64,000 bases of DNA, taken from positions 864,001-928,000 of the forward strand of contig CAXXJV010000001.1 of the NCBI GenBank assembly GCA_963663475.2, read 5' to 3'. Below are positions 57,607 to 64,000 of the stretch, one piece after another. The notes below the pieces were generated by a model that saw only the letters and a program-made list of their open reading frames with translations, had not been told where the DNA came from and made no database searches. The translations under genes and the position numbers were made by a program. Within the stretch, counting starts at the first letter, position 1; each line of letters starts with the position of its first letter. The stretch comes from Candidatus Cloacimonadales bacterium. GTDB taxonomy: Bacteria > Cloacimonadota > Cloacimonadia > Cloacimonadales > JAFGVF01.

Positions 57607-58230
57607 ATGATAGGTTTAATTGGAAAAAAAATAGGAATGACTCAAATTTTTGATGAAGATGGAAAGATTATTCCAGTAACAGTACTACATGCTGGTCCTT
57701 GTCAAGTTTTAGAAATGAAAACTGCTGACAAAGACGGATATCAATCAATCAAATTAGGATATGAGCCAATTTCAGAGAAAAAAGTTAATAAGCCAATGAC
57801 TGGTTACTTCAAATCTCTAGCTTGTGATCCTGTTAGATATATTAAAGAATTTAGAGTAAAATTCTTCCGAGATACAGAGTTAAAAGATATATTTAAAGTT
57901 GACTTATTTCAAGTTAATGAATTAATTACAGTAACAGGAACTTCTAAAGGTAGAGGTTTTGCTGGTGTAATGAAGAGACATAATTTCAGTGGTTTCATGG
58001 CCTCACACGGTGTTCATGAATCATTCAGAGGACCTGGTTCAATTGGTCTTTGTGCTACTCCTGCTCGTGTTATGAAAGGTATGAAAATGGCTGGACACTA
58101 TGGAGTTGATAAAGTAACTGTAAAGAACCTAAAAGTTGTTAAAGTTGATGTTGAAAAGAACCTTATAATGGTAAGAGGTGCTGTTCCTGGACATCGTAAT
58201 AGCTTAGTTCTTCTTAAGAAAGGTGTTTAA
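57607..58230 (+). CDS. rplC: 50S ribosomal protein L3
   Basis: GKKIGMTQIF, SKGRGFAGVMKRH. Confidence 0.98.
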   Translation: MIGLIGKKIGMTQIFDEDGKIIPVTVLHAGPCQVLEMKTADKDGYQSIKLGYEPISEKKVNKPMTGYFKSLACDPVRYIKEFRVKFFRDTELKDIFKVDLFQVNELITVTGTSKGRGFAGVMKRHNFSGFMASHGVHESFRGPGSIGLCATPARVMKGMKMAGHYGVDKVTVKNLKVVKVDVEKNLIMVRGAVPGHRNSLVLLKKGV

Positions 58231-58241
58231 CGGGGGAATAA

Positions 58242-58877
58242 ATGGCTAATGCATTAAAATATAATAGTAATGGTGATAAAATAGGTGAAGTTCAACTTCC
58301 AGCATCAGTTTTTGAAGCTGATTGCAAAAATCCTAAAGCCTTACTTTACGAAGTTGTTAATATGTATCTTGCTAATCAAAGACAAGGCACTAAAGCAACA
58401 AAGTCAAGAGGTTTAGTAAGAGGATCTACAAAGAAGCTTGGAAAACAAAAAGGTAGTGGCGGAGCTCGTATGGGTTCTAGAAGATCTCCAATTAGAGTTG
58501 GTGGTGGTCACGCTTTTAGAATTGATCCAAAATGTTGGTATAGACATATTCCAAACAAAAAGAAAAGACTAGCCTTAAAACTTGTTCTATCTGATAGAGC
58601 AAGCGAAGGTAAAGTTTTAGTTGTAGAGAATCTTAATTATGACAAACCAAGCACCAAGAGTGCTAGAGCTCTAGTTGAGAAATTAGTTACTGAAAAAGGT
58701 AGAGTCCTTATCGTAACTAAAGGTAACGACACAGCTGTTGTTAGATCTTTCTCTAACTTAGAATATGTAGAAACAGGTAGAGCAGATGGCCTTCATGCTT
58801 ATGGTATCCTTAAAAATAGTTTTATCGTAATGACAGAAGAAGCCTTGCAACAAGTTGAGGAGGTATTCGGAAAATGA
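58242..58877 (+). CDS. rplD: 50S ribosomal protein L4
   Basis: RQGTKATKSRG, QKGSGGARMG. Confidence 0.97.
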   Translation: MANALKYNSNGDKIGEVQLPASVFEADCKNPKALLYEVVNMYLANQRQGTKATKSRGLVRGSTKKLGKQKGSGGARMGSRRSPIRVGGGHAFRIDPKCWYRHIPNKKKRLALKLVLSDRASEGKVLVVENLNYDKPSTKSARALVEKLVTEKGRVLIVTKGNDTAVVRSFSNLEYVETGRADGLHAYGILKNSFIVMTEEALQQVEEVFGK

Positions 58878-59161
58878 TACATCCAAGAGAAATAATCATA
58901 GCTCCTATGCTTACTGAAAAATCTCTTACTGAAAAAGAGAATAATAACAGATATATGTTTAAAGTAAGTATCAATGCTAATAAAATAGAAATTAAGAAAG
59001 CTATAGAAAAAGTTTTTTCTGTGAAAGTAGTGAAAATAAACACTATTAGAATGAAGGGAAAACCAAAGAGAATGGGTAGATATGAAGGCAGAAGACCTGA
59101 CTTTAAGAAAGCTATCGTTACTCTTCAAGCAGATCAAACTATACCAGATTTTGAAGTTTAA
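58874..59161 (+). CDS. rplW: 50S ribosomal protein L23
   Basis: [21 protein letters not shown]. Confidence 0.97.
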   Translation: MIHPREIIIAPMLTEKSLTEKENNNRYMFKVSINANKIEIKKAIEKVFSVKVVKINTIRMKGKPKRMGRYEGRRPDFKKAIVTLQADQTIPDFEV

Positions 59162-59172
59162 GGGAGTTAATA

Positions 59173-60000
59173 ATGGGAATTAAAAAATATAAACCAATTA
59201 CACCTACTTTAAGATATAAAACAGGATATACTTTTGAAGAAATTACAAAGACTAGTCCTGAAAAATCTTTGCTTGCAAAGTTAAAAAAGTCTGGTGGTAG
59301 AAATAGTCAAGGTCGTATTACATGTCGTCATAAAGGTGGCGGACATCGTAGACATTATAGAATTATCGATTTCAAAAGAAATAAAATAGAAATTCCGGCA
59401 AAAGTTGCCTCAATTGAGTATGATCCAAATCGTTCTGCAAGAATCGCTCTTTTACACTATGTAGATGGTGAAAAAAGATATATCATTGCTCAAGATGGAT
59501 TAAAAGTAGGTATGGAAGTTATAGCAAGTCCTACTGCTCCTATCAAAGTGGGAAATGCTTTACCACTTAGTAATATTCCATTAGGTACAACAATCTCATG
59601 TGTTGAACTTAAAAGAGGAAAGGGTGCTCAAATAGCTCGTTCAGCTGGTTCAATGGCACAGCTTGTTGCAAAAGAAGGCGATTATATCCATGTGAAGATG
59701 CCTTCAAATGATGTTCACTTAGTTAGAAAAGAATGCTATGCTGTAATCGGTCAAGTTGGTAACTTAGAACACAACTTAATCGTTTTAGGTAAAGCTGGTC
59801 GTAGTAGATGGTTAGGAATCAGACCTACAGTTCGTGGTGTTGTTATGAACCCTGTTGATCACCCACATGGTGGTGGTGAAGGTAAAACATCAGGTGGTAG
59901 ACATCCTGTTTCTCCATGGGGTAAACTCGCTAAAGGTGGAAAAACCCGTAAGACTAAGAAATATTCTAACAAGTATATTATCAAATCTAAAAAGAAGTAA
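59173..60000 (+). CDS. rplB: 50S ribosomal protein L2
   Basis: [26 protein letters not shown]. Confidence 0.99.
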   Translation: MGIKKYKPITPTLRYKTGYTFEEITKTSPEKSLLAKLKKSGGRNSQGRITCRHKGGGHRRHYRIIDFKRNKIEIPAKVASIEYDPNRSARIALLHYVDGEKRYIIAQDGLKVGMEVIASPTAPIKVGNALPLSNIPLGTTISCVELKRGKGAQIARSAGSMAQLVAKEGDYIHVKMPSNDVHLVRKECYAVIGQVGNLEHNLIVLGKAGRSRWLGIRPTVRGVVMNPVDHPHGGGEGKTSGGRHPVSPWGKLAKGGKTRKTKKYSNKYIIKSKKK

Positions 60001-60019
60001 GCTGACATAGGAGAAAATA

Positions 60020-60289
60020 ATGCCTAGATCGATAAAAAAAGGACCTTTCGTCGATGAACATTTGATGAAAAAGGTTGAAAAACAAATAAGTACTAAAGAT
60101 AAATCAGTGATTAAAACTTGGTCAAGAAGATCAGTTGTTTTACCTGAATTTATAGGACTTACTTTTGCTGTACATAATGGACACAAATTTGTGCCAGTAT
60201 ATATTTCTGAAAATGCAGTTGGTCATAAACTTGGCGAATTTGCAGCAACCAGAACTTATCGTGGCCACAAAGAAAAGAAAAAAAGATAG
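60020..60289 (+). CDS. rpsS: 30S ribosomal protein S19
   Basis: [24 protein letters not shown]. Confidence 0.98.
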   Translation: MPRSIKKGPFVDEHLMKKVEKQISTKDKSVIKTWSRRSVVLPEFIGLTFAVHNGHKFVPVYISENAVGHKLGEFAATRTYRGHKEKKKR

Positions 60290-60299
60290 GAGATAGAGA

Positions 60300-60659
60300 A
60301 TGGAAGCTATAGCTAAACTTAGATACCATCGTGGTTCAGCTCGTAAAGCTCGCTTGGTTCTTGATTTAATCAGAGGTAAATCAGTATCTGAAGCACGAAA
60401 CATTCTTATGTTCTCAGAAAAGCGTGTGTCAGATCCTGTACTTAAAGTATTAGAATCTGCAGTGGCTAATGCACTACATAAAGATGCGAGAAAAGAAACA
60501 AACGAAATGATTATAAATAAAGCACTTGCTGATGATGGTCCTATAATGAAAAGATTCCGTCCAAGAGCTCAAGGTCGTGCTTTTATGATAAGAAAGCGTA
60601 CTTGTCACATAACCTTACAAATTTCAGATTTATCTGAAACTGCTTCCGGACAGGAATAG
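60300..60659 (+). CDS. rplV: 50S ribosomal protein L22
   Basis: RKARLVLDLIRG, PRAQGRA..IRKRTCH. Confidence 0.98.
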   Translation: MEAIAKLRYHRGSARKARLVLDLIRGKSVSEARNILMFSEKRVSDPVLKVLESAVANALHKDARKETNEMIINKALADDGPIMKRFRPRAQGRAFMIRKRTCHITLQISDLSETASGQE

Positions 60660-60668
60660 GAGGAAAAT

Positions 60669-61391
60669 TTGGGACAAAAAATTAATCCAATTATATATCG
60701 TATTGGCGTAAATAAAGAGGCTGAATCAACATGGTTTGCCACTGGTAAACAATATCTTGATAATTTCCATGAAGATTTAAAAATCAGAAATTATATTGAA
60801 AAAAGACTTAGATTCAGAGAAATTCAAGAAGACGTAGATGGTAAAATTAGAAAGAAAATGATACCAACAAACAATATGGTTTCAAGAATAGATATCTCAA
60901 GAAAAACTAATTCAATTTATATCGATATTCAAACTGCTCGTCCTGGCCAAGTTATTGGTAAAAAGGGTGAAGATATTGATAAATTAAGAAACGAAATTAA
61001 TCACCTTGTTAATAAAGGCAGAGATAAGAGCATGAATGTTTTTATCAATGTTAAAGAAATTAACAAAATGTGGTTAGATTCAAAATTAGTTGGTGAAGAG
61101 ATAGCAAAACAATTAGAACAAAGAATCTCTTTTAGAAGAGCAATGAAAAATGCTATGCGTAATGCCTTCAAAGATGGAGCTTTAGGAATTAAAGTTCAAT
61201 GTGCAGGCCGTTTAGGTGGAGCTGAAATTGCTAGAACAGAGAGATATAAACAAGGTAGAACACCTCTTCACACACTTAGAGCCGATATCGATTATGCTTT
61301 AACAGAAGCACAAACAACTTACGGTGTTATTGGTATTAAAGTGTGGATTTATAAAGGTGATATTCTTAATAATAATGTTACTCAAGGGTAA
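60669..61391 (+). CDS. rpsC: 30S ribosomal protein S3
   Basis: [41 protein letters not shown] start. Confidence 0.98.
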   Translation: MGQKINPIIYRIGVNKEAESTWFATGKQYLDNFHEDLKIRNYIEKRLRFREIQEDVDGKIRKKMIPTNNMVSRIDISRKTNSIYIDIQTARPGQVIGKKGEDIDKLRNEINHLVNKGRDKSMNVFINVKEINKMWLDSKLVGEEIAKQLEQRISFRRAMKNAMRNAFKDGALGIKVQCAGRLGGAEIARTERYKQGRTPLHTLRADIDYALTEAQTTYGVIGIKVWIYKGDILNNNVTQG

Positions 61392-61412
61392 TGTTAGGAA
61401 GAGGAGAAAAAG

Positions 61413-61832
61413 ATGTTAGCACCAAAAAAAGTAAAACATAGAAAACAGATGCGCGGAAGAAGAACTGGTTTAGCCTATCGTGGCTCTACTGTTTCTTTTG
61501 GTGAGTATGCTTTAATGGCAACTCAAGATGGCTGGATTACTAGCCGTCAAATCGAAGCTTCTCGTGTCGCTATTACTAGAACTATGAAGCGTCAAGGTAA
61601 AGTGTGGATAAGAATCTTCCCAGATAAACCTATTACAAATAAACCTGCTGAAACTCGTATGGGTAAAGGTAAGGGTGCACCAGAATACTGGGTAGCAGTT
61701 GTAAAACCTGGAAGAATAATGTTTGAGGTCGATGGTGTCGACGCTTCTATTGCAAAAGAAGCTTTTAGATTAGCCGGACATAAACTTCCCATATCAACTA
61801 AAATGATTGCACGTGAAGGAGCTGAAATATGA
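61413..61832 (+). CDS. rplP: 50S ribosomal protein L16
   Basis: [16 protein letters not shown]. Confidence 0.99.
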   Translation: MLAPKKVKHRKQMRGRRTGLAYRGSTVSFGEYALMATQDGWITSRQIEASRVAITRTMKRQGKVWIRIFPDKPITNKPAETRMGKGKGAPEYWVAVVKPGRIMFEVDGVDASIAKEAFRLAGHKLPISTKMIAREGAEI

Positions 61833-62023
61833 TAGCAAAAGAATTAAGAGACCTATCAGTCGAAGAATTAAATGCTAGGCTTAACGATTGTAAAGAAGAG
61901 CTTTTTAATCTTCGTTTCCAACAAGTGCGAAATATGCTGGAGAATCCAGGTAGATTTAAAGAACTCAAAAAAGAGATTGCCAGAATTCATACAGTGTTAA
62001 CTGAAATGAAAAAAGCTAACTAA
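61829..62023 (+). CDS. rpmC: 50S ribosomal protein L29
   Basis: [16 protein letters not shown]. Confidence 0.96.
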   Translation: MIAKELRDLSVEELNARLNDCKEELFNLRFQQVRNMLENPGRFKELKKEIARIHTVLTEMKKAN

Positions 62024-62032
62024 GAGGTCAAA

Positions 62033-62287
62033 ATGCAGGAAACAAGAAAACTAACCAAAAGTGGTGTAGTGGTAAGTGATAAGATGGACAAAACTATTGT
62101 CGTTCGTGTAGAAAGACAGTTTACCCATCCTCTATACAAAAAGACTGTAAGAGTGCATAAGAAATTTATGGCTCATGACGAAAATAATGAAGCACAGATC
62201 GGTGATAAAGTAATAATTGAAGAGAGCAGACCTTTAAGTAGAAAGAAAAGATGGAATCTTCAAGAAGTCACTGAAAAGGTTAAATAG
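62033..62287 (+). CDS. rpsQ: 30S ribosomal protein S17
   Basis: [26 protein letters not shown]. Confidence 0.98.
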   Translation: MQETRKLTKSGVVVSDKMDKTIVVRVERQFTHPLYKKTVRVHKKFMAHDENNEAQIGDKVIIEESRPLSRKKRWNLQEVTEKVK

Positions 62288-62296
62288 GAGTAAGAG

Positions 62297-62665
62297 ATGA
62301 TCCAAGCACAAACAATATTGAACATCGCAGATAACTCCGGTGCTAAGAAGGCAATGTGCATCAAAGTTCTTGGCGGAAGTAAAAGAAAATATGCTACCGT
62401 CGGAGATATCATAGTAATAGCTATTAAATCAGCAACACCTAACGGTAAAGTTAAAAAAGGTACTGTTGAAAAAGCTGTGATCGTAAGAACTGCTAAAGAG
62501 ATAAGACGTAAAGATGGTTCTTATATTCGATTCCAAGATAATGCAGCAGTTATTCTTGATGCTAAAATGGAACCTAAAGGAACTCGTATTTTTGGACCTG
62601 TTGCTCGTGAACTTCGTGAGCATGAGTTTATGAAAATTGTTTCTTTAGCACCTGAAGTGTTATAG
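62297..62665 (+). CDS. rplN: 50S ribosomal protein L14
   Basis: [27 protein letters not shown]. Confidence 0.99.
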   Translation: MIQAQTILNIADNSGAKKAMCIKVLGGSKRKYATVGDIIVIAIKSATPNGKVKKGTVEKAVIVRTAKEIRRKDGSYIRFQDNAAVILDAKMEPKGTRIFGPVARELREHEFMKIVSLAPEVL

Positions 62666-62674
62666 GAGTAGATA

Positions 62675-62995
62675 ATGCAAAATAAAATGAGAATCAAAAA
62701 AGGTGATACAGTAGTTGTAATCAGTGGAGCTGATAAAGGCGTTAAAGGTAGAGTACTTGTTGCTTTCCCTCGTAAACAACGCATTATTATTGAAAAAGTT
62801 AACATGATCAAAAAACATGTTAAACCAAATCAAGCTAATCCACAAGGTGGAATTATTGAAAAAGAAGCCCCTATTCACGTTTCTAACGTAATGCTGTATA
62901 ACGAAAAAATAAAAGATGTTACCAGAGCTGTTTATAAAACAACCGCTGACGGAAAAAGAGTCAGAGTTTGTAAGAAAACAGGGGACGAAATCTAA
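62675..62995 (+). CDS. rplX: 50S ribosomal protein L24
   Basis: [25 protein letters not shown]. Confidence 0.98.
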   Translation: MQNKMRIKKGDTVVVISGADKGVKGRVLVAFPRKQRIIIEKVNMIKKHVKPNQANPQGGIIEKEAPIHVSNVMLYNEKIKDVTRAVYKTTADGKRVRVCKKTGDEI

Positions 62996-63005
62996 AGGAG
63001 AAGGG

Positions 63006-63560
63006 ATGAACAGAAAAAAAGAATTATATTTAAACGAAGTGATTCCCGCACTTAGAACTAAGTTCGAGTATAAAAATATACATATGGTGCCAAAGTTTGA
63101 TAAGATAGTTATTAGTATGGGTGTTGGCGGTGCTACACAAAATAAAGCTATCTTAGATAATGCTATAAAAGATATGGAACAAATTACAGGTAGAAAACCT
63201 CTAGTTACTAAAGCTAAAAAATCAATCTCTAACTTTAAATTAAGAGCAGGGATGCCTATTGGTTGTAAAGTAACTCTTAGAGGCGAAATCATGTATGAAT
63301 TCTATGATAAATTAATATCAATTGTAATTCCTCGTATCAGAGACTTTAAAGGTGTGCCTTTAAAAAACTTTGACGGTAGAGGAAACTACTCATTAGGTTT
63401 AGATGAACAAACAGTTTTTCCTGAAATTGAATTCGACAAAATCGACATGGTTAGAGGTATGAACATTGCAATAGTTACTACTGCAAAAACAGACGAAGAA
63501 GCCAGAGAAATGTTGAAATTAATGGGATTCCCTTTCAGAAAAGTTGCGGTAAAGGAGTAG
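63006..63560 (+). CDS. rplE: 50S ribosomal protein L5
   Basis: [30 protein letters not shown]; start at ATG 63006. Confidence 0.98.
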   Translation: MNRKKELYLNEVIPALRTKFEYKNIHMVPKFDKIVISMGVGGATQNKAILDNAIKDMEQITGRKPLVTKAKKSISNFKLRAGMPIGCKVTLRGEIMYEFYDKLISIVIPRIRDFKGVPLKNFDGRGNYSLGLDEQTVFPEIEFDKIDMVRGMNIAIVTTAKTDEEAREMLKLMGFPFRKVAVKE

Positions 63561-63563
63561 ATT

Positions 63564-63749
63564 TTGGCAAAGAAATCATTAGTTGTAAAACAACAAAAGA
63601 AAGCTAAATTCGGCGTTAGAGAATATTCTCGTTGTAAAATTTGTGGAAGACCAAGAGCTTACATGAGAGATTTTGGCATATGCCGTCTTTGTTTCAGAAA
63701 ATTAGCTGACCATGGTAAAATACCTGGAATCACAAGAGCTAGTTGGTAA
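63564..63749 (+). CDS. rpsN: 30S ribosomal protein S14, zinc-binding (type Z) form
   Basis: 61 aa, RCKICGRPR...CRLCFR. Confidence 0.97.
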   Translation: MAKKSLVVKQQKKAKFGVREYSRCKICGRPRAYMRDFGICRLCFRKLADHGKIPGITRASW

Positions 63750-63764
63750 TAAACTGGAGGAAAA

Positions 63765-64000
63765 ATGATATCAGATCCGATAGCTGATGCAATAACAAAA
63801 GTAAGAAATGCATATCGTGCCGGACATACCAGAGTGGTATTAAATCACAGCAAAATTATTGAATCTATAGTTGTTCTTTTAGCTAAAGAAAACTTTATCA
63901 ATAGTTTTCATGTATTAGAAAAAGACCCTGAAAGAGGCTTAAACTTCAAAAAATTAAGTTTAAACCTTAGATATACAAATAGTGGCCAACCGGTTCTAAC
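63765..64000 (+). CDS. rpsH: 30S ribosomal protein S8 (partial)
   Basis: Hand translation MISDPIADAITKVRNA...LRY; GGAGG RBS; runs off the window end. Confidence 0.95.
   Translation, partial: MISDPIADAITKVRNAYRAGHTRVVLNHSKIIESIVVLLAKENFINSFHVLEKDPERGLNFKKLSLNLRYTNSGQPVL

Noticed and set aside
58799-63292. Several minus-strand ORFs (e.g. 62660-63292, 59890-60186, 58799-59137)
   Set aside because: Antisense shadows of ribosomal protein genes.

Overview
AT-rich bacterial chromosomal window. PorV and T9SS/FlgD-type C-terminal domains, BamD and glyQ point to a Gram-negative FCB-group organism; Cloacimonadota-like is an inference. Three zones are visible. (1) 1-20.8 kb: housekeeping and envelope genes (AraC regulator, glyQ, nadD, bamD, cpoB, M18 aminopeptidase, greA, S8 protease / PorV / M6-like protein, chrA pair, lepA). 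(2) About 20.8-48.7 kb: an accessory region. It holds a repeat-dense intergenic tract, a soluble FtsH-like protease, a radical SAM/SPASM gene coupled to a His-x-Asp-repeat candidate RiPP precursor, and a MORN-repeat lipoprotein. It also holds an ~18 kb nine-gene operon combining two divergent Hsp70-fold ATPases, two membrane-anchored GrpE-like proteins, an FHA-SEDS (FtsW/RodA) protein and a giant class B PBP. (3) 48.7-64 kb: rimI, nadB, tmk, ctpA, a response regulator, an ECF sigma cassette and the S10/spc ribosomal protein operon. About 12 full or partial copies of a TTAA-bounded foldback MITE and several other palindromic elements are scattered through intergenic DNA. The best candidates for undescribed systems are the Hsp70/GrpE + SEDS/bPBP operon and the HxD-repeat rSAM RiPP pair. 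All assignments are by eye from motifs; no searches were run.
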